From positions 1,324-65,323 of the forward strand of contig JBNJEC010000001.1 in assembly GCA_051745505.1 (NCBI GenBank): a stretch of DNA of 64,000 bases, written 5' to 3'. Shown in pieces: positions 30,588 through 39,542 of the stretch (positions are counted from its first letter, which is position 1; each line of letters opens with the position of its first letter). Under the pieces are notes generated by a model. It was not told the origin of the DNA, did not search any database, and worked only from the letters and a program-made list of their open reading frames with translations. The position numbers and the translations under genes were made by a program. This DNA is from Bacillota bacterium (GTDB lineage Bacteria > Bacillota_I > Bacilli_A > Izemoplasmatales > Izemoplasmataceae).

Positions 30588-31777
30588 TTTTGCGCCTCCT
30601 GCGTTGTTTCCCTGACGCACTGAACGACCGCTTCGCTGACTACTTGCGCAACGCGTTTGTTAAACGGAGAAGGAATGACGTAATCGCCTGACAGGTCCTC
30701 ATCACTTACGATTGAAGCGATGGCCTTGGCGGCTTCGACTTTCATTTTCTCTGTGATGGAGGCGGCTCTTGAATCGAGTGCGCCTCTGAATAGACCCGGG
30801 AATGCGAGGACGTTGTTGATTTGGTTCGGATAGTCACTGCGTCCTGTTCCTACGACGACAGCGCCGCCTTTTTTGGCTTCTTTGGGGTCGATTTCAGGGG
30901 TTGGGTTGGCTAGAGCGAAAATGATTGGATCTTCGTGCATGGTCTCAATCATATCCCTTGTAACGATGTTCCCAATGGAAACTCCGACAAAGACATCCTT
31001 ATCTCTGAGCAATGCTGCAAGAGTATCTTCTTTCAGGGTTTCAGGTGTTGAAACAATGCCTTCATCAATCAGTTCTTTCAAAACGAAATCATAGCGCTCG
31101 TATTTGTCCATGGTTACAGGGCCTTTGCTGTTGTAGGCATAGATGGCTTTGACACCCGCTGCCTTGAGCATTCTAGCAACTGAGCTGCCTGCTGCGCCTG
31201 TTCCACTGAGTACGACTTGCAGGTCTTCGATGTTTTTGCCCGTCAGTTTGCAACTGTTGATGAGCGCTGCAGTTGTTACGATTGCGGTACCGTGTTGATC
31301 GTCGTGGAAAACGGGGATATCGAGTTTTGCTTTCAATCGTCTTTCGATTTCAACGCATTTGGGCGCTTGGATGTCTTCTAGGTTGATGCCTCCAAGGGAA
31401 GGGGCGAGCAGTTCACAGGTTCGAATGATTTCTTCAGTGTCTTTGGTATCCAAACAAATTGGGAATGCATCGACACCGGCGAATTCCTTGAAAAGCGCGG
31501 CTTTGCCTTCCATGACGGGAAGGGCGGCCTTGGGACCGATGTCACCGAGTCCGAGAACGGCCGTGCCATCCGTGATAACCGCAACCATATTTTGTTTGGT
31601 GGTATATTCGTAGGCCTTCTCAGGGTTTTCGTGGATTGCCTTGCAGGGTTCTGCAACTCCGGGTGAATAGGCCAGGGACAAGTCTTCAGGGGTTGAGACT
31701 GAGACTTTCGTGCGGATTTCAATCTTGCCTTTGTTGTCTTTGTGCAGTTTAAGACTGTCTTGTTTCAAATCGCTCAT
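30584..31777 (-). CDS. NAD(P)-dependent malic enzyme (short bacterial form)
   Basis: LSLAYSPGVA, ITDGTAVLGLGDIG and SGTGAAG motifs. ATGA overlaps at both ends. Confidence 0.88.
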   Translation of the reverse strand: MSDLKQDSLKLHKDNKGKIEIRTKVSVSTPEDLSLAYSPGVAEPCKAIHENPEKAYEYTTKQNMVAVITDGTAVLGLGDIGPKAALPVMEGKAALFKEFAGVDAFPICLDTKDTEEIIRTCELLAPSLGGINLEDIQAPKCVEIERRLKAKLDIPVFHDDQHGTAIVTTAALINSCKLTGKNIEDLQVVLSGTGAAGSSVARMLKAAGVKAIYAYNSKGPVTMDKYERYDFVLKELIDEGIVSTPETLKEDTLAALLRDKDVFVGVSIGNIVTRDMIETMHEDPIIFALANPTPEIDPKEAKKGGAVVVGTGRSDYPNQINNVLAFPGLFRGALDSRAASITEKMKVEAAKAIASIVSDEDLSGDYVIPSPFNKRVAQVVSEAVVQCVRETTQEAQK

Positions 31778-32298
31778 GATTGACTCCTTTTGAATAGGTT
31801 GTTTCCGTGTACGTCGTATGCGACAAAGCACGGGAAGTTTTCGACTTCTAGCTCATAAATGGCTTCTGGGCCCAAATCTTCGTATTTGACGAGGGTTCTT
31901 TTTTTGATTTTGCTTGCAAGAAGTGCACCGGCACCTCCGGTTGCGATGAGGTAGACGGCATTGTTCGTAATCATTTCTTCTCTGAAGGTTTCAGAACGGT
32001 CTCCCTTGCCAATCATCATTTTAAGACCTTGTTCCATCAGTGGTACGGCGAGTTCATCCATTCTGTAAGACGAGGTTGGTCCGGCGGCGCCGATGACTTC
32101 GCCTTCTCTTGCAGGAGTGGGGCCGACATAATAGATGACGGCGCCTTCGATATTGAAAGGCATTTCCTTTTCCTTTAACAAGCGTGCGTGCGCGGCATCG
32201 CGAGCGGTGTAGATGGTGCCTGTGAGCAATACCTGGTCGCCCGTTTTGAGTGCTTTCGTTTCTTCGTTGGTGATTGGTGGCGTAAGATGGTGAATCAT
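31774..32298 (-). CDS. Fe-S hydro-lyase beta subunit (class I fumarate hydratase; L-tartrate dehydratase not excluded)
   Basis: LLTGTIYTARDAAHARL and IGKGDRS motifs. ATG 32298 overlaps the alpha-subunit TGA. Confidence 0.8.
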   Translation of the reverse strand: MIHHLTPPITNEETKALKTGDQVLLTGTIYTARDAAHARLLKEKEMPFNIEGAVIYYVGPTPAREGEVIGAAGPTSSYRMDELAVPLMEQGLKMMIGKGDRSETFREEMITNNAVYLIATGGAGALLASKIKKRTLVKYEDLGPEAIYELEVENFPCFVAYDVHGNNLFKRSQS

Positions 32299-33134
32299 AG
32301 GACAATCACCTCGTGTCTTGAAGAATGGCACTGAATGTTTATGGCTACTGGCAGTGAAGCGATGTGCATGGGATAGGTGTTGATTTTCACAGCCAGGCAG
32401 GTCGTCTCTCCACCGACCCCCATTGGGCCGACACCGAGACGATTTATTGCTTCATAGAGGTCGTTTTCGAGTGTGCGAATGGCTTCGTTGTCGCTTTCAT
32501 CTTCCAGATCCCTCAAAACGGCTTCCTTTGCGATAAGGGCGCTTTTTTCAAGGTTGCCCCCAATGCCGATACCGACAATGATTGGCGGGCACGGTTTTCC
32601 ACCGGCATCGAAAACTGTATCCAAAACGAGTTGTTTGACCCCATCAATACCATCTGAAGGTTTCAGCATGACAACCTTGCTCATGTTTTCGCTGCCTGCA
32701 CCTTTTGAAGCGACATTGAGTTTCAGTTTGTCGCCTTCTACCACCTTGTGATGGATGATGGCGGGCGTATTGTCTTTGGTATTGACTCTGTCAAAAGGAT
32801 CCTTGACGACTGATTTTCTCAAATAGCCATCTGTGTAGGCTTCACTAACGCCTTTGTTGATGGCGTCATCAAGAGTGCCTTCATAAAAAAGATCTCTCCC
32901 GATTTCGGCAAAAACAACAACCATACCTGTATCCTGACACAAGGGAGCGTTTCCTGTCCTTGCAAGGTCCTGGTTTTGGATGATATCGTCCAAAATAGAT
33001 CGTGAGAGACCATCTTTTTCCTTAACTTTTGCGCGGTTGAATGCAGCGACAAGAGAATCGTCCAATTCATGGTTGATTCTGATCAAAGTATTTTTGACTT
33101 TTTCAGTCACTTCTGAAAGCTTGATTTCACGCAT
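32295..33134 (-). CDS. Fe-S hydro-lyase alpha subunit (class I fumarate hydratase; L-tartrate dehydratase not excluded)
   Basis: [12 protein letters not shown] cluster-binding motif, 279 aa. Confidence 0.8.
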   Translation of the reverse strand: MREIKLSEVTEKVKNTLIRINHELDDSLVAAFNRAKVKEKDGLSRSILDDIIQNQDLARTGNAPLCQDTGMVVVFAEIGRDLFYEGTLDDAINKGVSEAYTDGYLRKSVVKDPFDRVNTKDNTPAIIHHKVVEGDKLKLNVASKGAGSENMSKVVMLKPSDGIDGVKQLVLDTVFDAGGKPCPPIIVGIGIGGNLEKSALIAKEAVLRDLEDESDNEAIRTLENDLYEAINRLGVGPMGVGGETTCLAVKINTYPMHIASLPVAINIQCHSSRHEVIVL

Positions 33135-33231
33135 TTTTTCACCTTCTTATAAATTACGACAACATTATAACATAGTAAGATTTTAATGCTACCTTAAATT
33201 AGGAAAGAATTGGAAATTGACTCTATAACAC

Positions 33232-33260
33232 TTGCACAAACTGTTTTCATTTGGTATAAT
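33232..33260 (+). promoter_or_regulatory. Sigma-A-type promoter for rpmE
   Basis: TTGCAC, 17-nt spacer, TATAAT. Confidence 0.65.
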
Positions 33261-33315
33261 CCATATGCGTTAAACTTACTATGGCTTTAAAAGTCATGGC
33301 GGAAGGAGAATTACG

Positions 33316-33537
33316 ATGAAAAAAGGCATTCACCCAGACTACAAAAAAGCGAAAGTGATTTGCACAACATGTGGTAACGAATTTGAAACAGGTTCTGTCA
33401 AAGAGGAAATTCGTGTCGATACATGTTCAAATTGCCACCCTTTTTATACAGGTAAGCAACAACATGCTCAAGCTACAGGCCGTGTCGAACGTTTCCGTAA
33501 ACGTTATGGCATCAAAAACGAAAACAACAACGACTAA
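33316..33537 (+). CDS. rpmE: 50S ribosomal protein L31 (zinc-binding Cys form)
   Basis: [10 protein letters not shown]-terminus with CTTCGN...[10 protein letters not shown]. Confidence 0.95.
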   Translation: MKKGIHPDYKKAKVICTTCGNEFETGSVKEEIRVDTCSNCHPFYTGKQQHAQATGRVERFRKRYGIKNENNND

Positions 33538-33550
33538 GCATTCCCATATA

Positions 33551-33578
33551 AAGGCCACTTTTTGTGGCCTTTTATTTA
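33551..33578 (+). terminator. Rho-independent terminator after rpmE
   Basis: AAGGCCAC-TTTTT-GTGGCCTT followed by a T run. Confidence 0.85.
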
Positions 33579-33595
33579 ATTAAGGAGGGGCTACC

Positions 33596-34204
33596 ATGCC
33601 ATTGCAACCGAAAAAAGGCTGGCTAGAAGTCATAGTCGGACCCATGTTTGCAGGAAAAACAGAAGAACTTCTAAGAAGAATAAGACGGATGCAGTACGCA
33701 AGAAAAAACGTAGTTGTCTTCAAACCGAAAATCGATACCAGATATGATGAAACTTCAGTCATCTCCCATGACAAACAAAAAACAGCGTCGATTCCTGTAG
33801 ACAATGTCAATGAGATTTTCGACCATGTCGACAAGTCCACAGATGTTGTAGCCATCGACGAAGTCCAGTTTCTTGATGAAGCGGTTGTGGACATTATTGA
33901 TCACCTTGTTACCAAAGGCAAAATAGTCTTGGTAAGCGGGCTTGATATGGATTTCAGGGGAGAACCTTTTACGTTCATGCCTGTGCTCATGTCCAAAGCC
34001 GAGTATGTCATGAAACTCTCTGCGGTGTGTCTTCAATGCGGTGCGCCTGCGACCAGAACTCAGCGTATCATTGATGGAAAACCCGCCAAGTATTACGACC
34101 CGGTTGTGATGATTGGCGCGTCTGAATCCTATGAAGCCAGATGCAGACACTGCCACAAGGTTTATAGAAAACCTCAACCGTTCAAAGGCTATAGCAACCT
34201 ATGA
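33596..34204 (+). CDS. tdk: Thymidine kinase
   Basis: GPMFAGKTEELLRR P-loop and C-terminal zinc ribbon CLQCG...CRHCH. Confidence 0.95.
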   Translation: MPLQPKKGWLEVIVGPMFAGKTEELLRRIRRMQYARKNVVVFKPKIDTRYDETSVISHDKQKTASIPVDNVNEIFDHVDKSTDVVAIDEVQFLDEAVVDIIDHLVTKGKIVLVSGLDMDFRGEPFTFMPVLMSKAEYVMKLSAVCLQCGAPATRTQRIIDGKPAKYYDPVVMIGASESYEARCRHCHKVYRKPQPFKGYSNL

Positions 34205-34668
34205 GTGAGACAGACATCTTCTACATGAAAGAAGCCTTGAACGAAGCGAAAAAGGCGGGAGATGAAAGAGAAGTCCCCATAGGAGCGGTCATCGTCAAGG
34301 ATGGTGAGATTATAGCGCGGGGGCACAATCTGAGAGAGACCCTTCAAAAGTCCACTGCCCACGCTGAAATTGTGGCCATTGAGGCGGCGTGCGAAGCACT
34401 TGGTACCTGGCGACTTGAAGACTGCACGATGTATGTCACGGTTGAACCGTGTCCAATGTGTGCTGGAGCCATGATTCAATCAAGAATCAAACGGGTCGTA
34501 TATGGTGCGAGTGACAACAAGACTGGAGCCCATGTCTCCAATATCAATGTGTTTTCCGGCACTTTCAACCATCAGGTTGAGGTGGTTCCCCATCTCATGC
34601 AAGAAGAATCAAGAGCGCTTTTAAAAAACTTCTTTTCCACTTTACGAAAAGACAAAAATAAGGTATAG
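34201..34668 (+). CDS. tadA: tRNA-specific adenosine-34 deaminase
   Basis: HAE...PCPMCAG deaminase motifs. ATGA overlap with tdk. Confidence 0.93.
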   Translation: MSETDIFYMKEALNEAKKAGDEREVPIGAVIVKDGEIIARGHNLRETLQKSTAHAEIVAIEAACEALGTWRLEDCTMYVTVEPCPMCAGAMIQSRIKRVVYGASDNKTGAHVSNINVFSGTFNHQVEVVPHLMQEESRALLKNFFSTLRKDKNKV

Positions 34669-34674
34669 TGTTAT

Positions 34675-34796
34675 GGGATGAACCTCTTAGCGATCATCTC
34701 CATCCAATAGGCGGCAGCGAACCAGGTCAGGCCGGGAACGGAGCAGCCTTAAGCTGTTTGTCTATGTGGGTGGGGATGCTCGATGAGAGGTTTTTC
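34675..34796 (+). ncRNA. ffs: Signal recognition particle RNA, short (4.5S-like) form
   Basis: Conserved domain IV core AACCAGGTCAGGCCGGGAACGGAGCAGCCTTAAG. It is closed by a long helix (CCTCTTAGCGATCATCTCCATCC pairing with GGGTGGGGATGCTCGATGAGAGG) and ends in a T run. TTTACG, 17-nt spacer, TATAGT promoter at 34641-34669. The position directly after tadA matches Bacillus. Confidence 0.8.
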
Positions 34797-34819
34797 TTAA
34801 CTAAGCAAGGAGTGATTAT

Positions 34820-35599
34820 GTGTCCAAACTGGTATTTTTGGATTTAGACGGCACCATCATTGATCATGGCAGCAACTCGATTCCGGAAAGTACGAAAATA
34901 GCCATCGACAAGGCGAGGGCCAACGGCCATATCATTAGTCTTGCGACTGGGCGCCCCCCTTTTTTGATAAGCAAGGTCTTGAGTGATGATCTGCATTTTG
35001 ATGCGATTATCACTGCGAATGGAAGATACGTGGTCTATAAAGGGGAAGTTTTGCGGAAATCCGATATAGACAAGGAAACCGTGAAACATTTCATCGAAGA
35101 AATGGCCACGCATTCCATAGATGTTGCGTTGCTTAGCGTCGATGATTATTTCATGGTCAAAAGAACGAATGATACATGGGAAAAGTTCACTGAATTTTTC
35201 CATCTTGAAGAACCAACCTTGAAACCTGATAAAACAGATTACGAGGATGTTCTTCAAATGGTGATGTTCGAAGAAAACCATGAGAATCTGGATATGTTCA
35301 GGTCCCACTATCCACATCTCGAGTTCAACATTTCCTGCCCTTACGGCGTAGATATCAACACTGTGGGCGGCATGAAGGAAGTTGGAGCCGAGACCATCCG
35401 CAAGTATTTGAACTATCCAATAAAGGATACTATCGCAATCGGCGATGGATACAATGACATATCCATGATAGAACACGTTGGTACAGGTGTCGCCATGGGC
35501 AATGCCTGCGAACCGTTGAAAGAAGCCGCACAATTTGTGACTGCTTCTGTGGATGATGATGGAATCTACAAGGCGTTTGAAAGACTGGGACTTATATAA
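34820..35599 (+). CDS. Cof-type HAD-IIB family phosphatase
   Basis: FLDLDGT motif I, SLATGR, and GDGYNDISM motif. GTG start after AAGGAG. Confidence 0.85.
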   Translation: MSKLVFLDLDGTIIDHGSNSIPESTKIAIDKARANGHIISLATGRPPFLISKVLSDDLHFDAIITANGRYVVYKGEVLRKSDIDKETVKHFIEEMATHSIDVALLSVDDYFMVKRTNDTWEKFTEFFHLEEPTLKPDKTDYEDVLQMVMFEENHENLDMFRSHYPHLEFNISCPYGVDINTVGGMKEVGAETIRKYLNYPIKDTIAIGDGYNDISMIEHVGTGVAMGNACEPLKEAAQFVTASVDDDGIYKAFERLGLI

Positions 35600-35692
35600 A
35601 GCCTTGATTTCAACGCTTTTTTTATGAATTGCTTAATGCCAATGAGTTTACTAATCAAGGCTTTGGCTATAGAATATGAATTAGGTGATAAT

Positions 35693-37573
35693 ATGTACGA
35701 TATAATTGTTGTAGGTGGCGGACATGCAGGCAGTGAAGCTGCGCTCGCCGCTGCGAGAATGAATAGAAAAACGTTGCTTGTGACAGGCAATGTAGATTAT
35801 GTGGCGTCAATGCCTTGCAATCCTTCAGTGGGAGGGCCTGCCAAGGGCATCGTCGTCAGAGAAATCGACGCGCTTGGAGGCGAAATGGCACGAAACGCTG
35901 ATGCCACCCAGATTCAGATGCGTTTGCTCAACTATTCCAAAGGGCCTGCAGTAAGAGCCCTCAGGAGTCAGTCCGATAAAATCGAATACCCCACAAGGAT
36001 GAAAGAGACCTTGCTTGCACAGGATAACCTTGATATTTATGAGGACTATGTCAAATCCATTGACATAGATGAAATGAATAACCGTGTAAAGGGTGTTATC
36101 ACTGAAAGTGGTAAAGCCTTTGAAGGTGCCAAGGTCATTCTAACCACGGGAACATTCATGAACGGCAAGGTTTTGGTGGGATCGGAATCCAAAGTGCAAG
36201 GCCCCGAAGATCAAAAACCTTCTTTGGGACTCAGTCCTCAATTGAAGGCTATCGGATTCAACCTTTCCAGACTGAAAACAGGAACCCCGCCACGCATAGA
36301 TAAAAACACCATCGACTACAGTAAAGTTGAAGAGTTGAAAGGCGATGACGTTGTCAGACATTTCAGTTTCTACAATGACTCGACGTATGATCCCGATGAA
36401 CAGTACAAATGTCATTTGACGTATACAAGTCTGAAAACCCATGATATCATCAATAGAAATCTCAATAAATCCTCCATGTACAGTGGTGTGGTTGAAGGGG
36501 TCGGGCCCAGGTACTGTCCATCCATAGAGGACAAACTTGTCAAATTCAAGGACAAACCACGTCATCAGATCTTCTTGGAACCTGAAAGCAGACATCTGGA
36601 CCACATTTACATTCAAGGGTTATCCACATCCATGCCAAGAGACATACAGGAAAAAATGGTCGCAAGCATTCCCGGACTTGAAAACGCGAAAATCACCAAG
36701 TATGCCTATGCCATCGAATATGATGCAATTGACGCGAGACAACTCTGGCCTACATTGGAAGCCAAACTTCTTGATGGGCTCTATCTAGCGGGTCAGGTAA
36801 ACGGAACAAGCGGCTACGAAGAAGCTGCTGGACAAGGGTTGATGGCGGGTATCAACGCCGTGCTTTCCCTTGAAAACCGCCCGCCTATGATTCTCAAGAG
36901 GAATGAAGCCTACATCGGTGTCCTCATTGATGATCTTGTAACAAAAGGGACCACCGATCCTTACAGACTTCTCACATCAAGAGCGGAACATCGTTTGCTG
37001 TTACGACATGACAATGCCGATATGCGTTTGATTGAGAAAGGTTATGAAGCAGGGCTTGTAACGGAAGTTAAGTACCGGCGTTTCAAAGCCAAGAAACACA
37101 AAATTGAAAAATTGACTGAACTGTTCAGTGAATTCATTATCTATCCCAAAGCGGAAATCAAGAGTTTGTTGAATGAAATGGGTACAAGCCCCCTTGGAAA
37201 CAAGACAAGTTTTCTTGACCTTCTCAAAAGACCCGAAATAAAAGGAGCGGATATCTACAAATTCAATCCGGAATTTCCTGAATACGACCAGGACATCATC
37301 GATCAGGTGGAAATAGACATCAAATACGAAGGGTATATCAAAAAGGCTGAAAAACAGGCTGAAAAACTTCTGAAACAGGAAAATGTGAAAATACCTTCGG
37401 ATATTGATTATGATGAAATTACCAACATTGCGCATGAGGCGCGTGAAAAGCTCAAGAAGGTAAGCCCTCTGACCTTGGGGCAGGCATCCAGGATAAGCGG
37501 TGTCAATCCAAGTGACATCGCGGTGTTGAGTGTGCATCTTAAAGCCTTTCAAAACAACAATCGAGCGCAATAA
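35693..37573 (+). CDS. mnmG: tRNA uridine-5-carboxymethylaminomethyl modification enzyme MnmG (GidA)
   Basis: [26 protein letters not shown]-binding N-terminus; the track start at 35624 was rejected. Confidence 0.96.
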   Translation: MYDIIVVGGGHAGSEAALAAARMNRKTLLVTGNVDYVASMPCNPSVGGPAKGIVVREIDALGGEMARNADATQIQMRLLNYSKGPAVRALRSQSDKIEYPTRMKETLLAQDNLDIYEDYVKSIDIDEMNNRVKGVITESGKAFEGAKVILTTGTFMNGKVLVGSESKVQGPEDQKPSLGLSPQLKAIGFNLSRLKTGTPPRIDKNTIDYSKVEELKGDDVVRHFSFYNDSTYDPDEQYKCHLTYTSLKTHDIINRNLNKSSMYSGVVEGVGPRYCPSIEDKLVKFKDKPRHQIFLEPESRHLDHIYIQGLSTSMPRDIQEKMVASIPGLENAKITKYAYAIEYDAIDARQLWPTLEAKLLDGLYLAGQVNGTSGYEEAAGQGLMAGINAVLSLENRPPMILKRNEAYIGVLIDDLVTKGTTDPYRLLTSRAEHRLLLRHDNADMRLIEKGYEAGLVTEVKYRRFKAKKHKIEKLTELFSEFIIYPKAEIKSLLNEMGTSPLGNKTSFLDLLKRPEIKGADIYKFNPEFPEYDQDIIDQVEIDIKYEGYIKKAEKQAEKLLKQENVKIPSDIDYDEITNIAHEAREKLKKVSPLTLGQASRISGVNPSDIAVLSVHLKAFQNNNRAQ

Positions 37574-37592
37574 TCGCTCGATTGTTTTATTT
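37555..37592 (+). terminator. Hairpin/terminator spanning the mnmG stop codon
   Basis: ACAATCGAGCG-CAATAA-TCGCTCGATTGT followed by TTTTATTT. Confidence 0.7.
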
Positions 37593-37635
37593 AAATAGCG
37601 CTCGAATTATGGTAAAATAATTAAAAGGTGATTAT

Positions 37636-38322
37636 ATGGACAAAGGTATTGAAAAAGTCTTTTCGGATTATGGATTCAACCTTACACCAAAACAGATAAA
37701 ACAATTTGATGCTTATTATGAGGTTTTGTCTGAATGGAATGCCAAAATGAATCTTACGGCTATTGAAAATGAAAGACAGGTTTATCTCAAGCATTTTCTT
37801 GATTCACTGATGATGGGAAGGTTTTTTGATTTGGATTCATTCAAGTTGCTGGATGTAGGAAGTGGAGCCGGGTTTCCGGGAATTCCTTTAAAAATACTCT
37901 ATCCCTCGCTGGAACTCACAGTCATCGACGCACTTAAAAAAAGAATTACGTTTCTTGAGCGTTTGTGCAGTGTATTGGAAATTGATGCCAATCTGATTCA
38001 TGGGAGAATTGAAGAACACAAGCACAAAGGGACCTATGACATTGTAACCGGAAGAGCTGTGTCGTCTCTCAATATCCTGCTTGAATTTTGTGTGCCTTTC
38101 ATGAAGAACGATGGTGCTTTCATCGCATATAAAAGCAGCAAGTTCGATCAGGAAGCAAAAGAGGCTTCAACGGCCATAGAAACATTGGGCGTCAAATATG
38201 AGAATCATTTGGATTATGAAATTGACAATGAATTCAGAACGCTTATGGTATTTAAAAAGTCAGGGCCTACCCCTGAAAAATATCCGAGAAGATTCAAAAA
38301 AATAAAGTCTAAACCGCTCTAA
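37636..38322 (+). CDS. rsmG: 16S rRNA (guanine527-N7)-methyltransferase RsmG (GidB)
   Basis: LLDVGSGAGFPGIPLKI SAM-binding motif. Confidence 0.93.
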   Translation: MDKGIEKVFSDYGFNLTPKQIKQFDAYYEVLSEWNAKMNLTAIENERQVYLKHFLDSLMMGRFFDLDSFKLLDVGSGAGFPGIPLKILYPSLELTVIDALKKRITFLERLCSVLEIDANLIHGRIEEHKHKGTYDIVTGRAVSSLNILLEFCVPFMKNDGAFIAYKSSKFDQEAKEASTAIETLGVKYENHLDYEIDNEFRTLMVFKKSGPTPEKYPRRFKKIKSKPL

Positions 38323-38330
38323 ACGAGAGG

Positions 38331-39542
38331 GTGAGTGATGTGTTCAAAGCCTCTGATGCGCAAATTAACAAATACTATTATGATATCGAGCGTCATTTCC
38401 TTAGAAAGAAAGCTTTTCATGTTGGATTGATTCTCGCTATTATAATGGTTTTAACTATGGCTATGCTTGTTTCAATTCAAATAGATTTCAGTTTCATCTC
38501 TCTTTATTCGGTCATGTTTTTGGCATTGATAGGATTGAACGCGTTATTCTATTACAAAGGAAATATTTTCCCTGATTTCCACATATCGATGTATGCTACA
38601 GCCATTGGCCTTTATCTGATAGCCATAGGTCTCATTTTGGAAATAAGGCATCCGAGTATTTTCACGATTCTGTTTTTGTTTTACGGAGTTTTGGCAATTT
38701 ATCAACACTCGAAGACATCGACTTTGAACAATCTCTTCTTGTTTTTGAGTGGCAGCATTATCGTTCTTGGGTTTCCTGATATGTTCTCTACTGAAAGCCT
38801 GGTATCCATTACCGCCTACATTTACAGTTTTATGCTCATATTCGTCATTATATTGTCAATCTCCTCGTTCATTCTTACCAAGCAAAAAGAACGATTCTAT
38901 TGGAGCGTTGCGGGTATCAGAGAACGAGAAATTCGAATGATCAGGACCGTCTTTGAACTTGAGAACGAGTTGACGGATCACCAGTTCGACTATGCATCCT
39001 ATTATGATAAACTGGATGCTTTTACCAAGTCATTGGCCGATGAAATCGGCGTCAAGAACATCTTTAGTGAACGAATCAACATCTTAAGGGAATTAAGCAT
39101 TTCAAAAGATGAAGAGATATTAAAGAGTGCGAGAGACTATGCACCTGGGGATATCGAAGAACTCAAACAATTGGAATTGAAACGGTATGGAAAAATGCCA
39201 TATGTCGCATTCAAGGCGGCACAGTACGCAACACTCGATGCGAGCGAGAGCGTCAGAACGACAAATCTGGATGCCATCACCAAGTCTTTTGACAACCCTA
39301 AAGATTCCATGGGGGTCAAGGTTGTGGCTTTTTCGGTTTTGATTACACTGCTGCGTATCAACAAACCATATTTGAAGGCACTATCAATAGATACGATTGA
39401 ATCATTGTTCGACAAGGATGAATTTTCACGTCTTTTCGATGAAAAGCTGTTGAAGTTTTTCAAAAACAACAAGGACATGTTCAAGAAACTGACTGAAAAA
39501 GATAGCGATGGAGGTGATTGGGATGACCTCCATAATCAATAG
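38331..39542 (+). CDS. Polytopic membrane protein with a ~200-aa cytoplasmic helical C-terminal domain, function unknown (paralogue A)
   Basis: About 5-6 hydrophobic segments followed by a charged helical half. The start is GTG 38331 or GTG 38340, after GAGAGG. Confidence 0.6.
   Translation: MSDVFKASDAQINKYYYDIERHFLRKKAFHVGLILAIIMVLTMAMLVSIQIDFSFISLYSVMFLALIGLNALFYYKGNIFPDFHISMYATAIGLYLIAIGLILEIRHPSIFTILFLFYGVLAIYQHSKTSTLNNLFLFLSGSIIVLGFPDMFSTESLVSITAYIYSFMLIFVIILSISSFILTKQKERFYWSVAGIREREIRMIRTVFELENELTDHQFDYASYYDKLDAFTKSLADEIGVKNIFSERINILRELSISKDEEILKSARDYAPGDIEELKQLELKRYGKMPYVAFKAAQYATLDASESVRTTNLDAITKSFDNPKDSMGVKVVAFSVLITLLRINKPYLKALSIDTIESLFDKDEFSRLFDEKLLKFFKNNKDMFKKLTEKDSDGGDWDDLHNQ

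Noticed and set aside
29967-30623. 218-aa ORF antisense to aspA
   Set aside because: It is a shadow ORF inside the well-supported aspartase gene.
34844-35533. 229-aa ORF antisense to the Cof-type phosphatase gene
   Set aside because: The + strand frame carries clear HAD motifs (DLDGT, GDGYND). The antisense frame has none.
36620-36628. Perfect DnaA box TTATCCACA inside mnmG
   Set aside because: It is a single box within coding sequence, with no cluster of boxes, no AT-rich unwinding element and no dnaA gene in the window. That is not evidence for oriC here.
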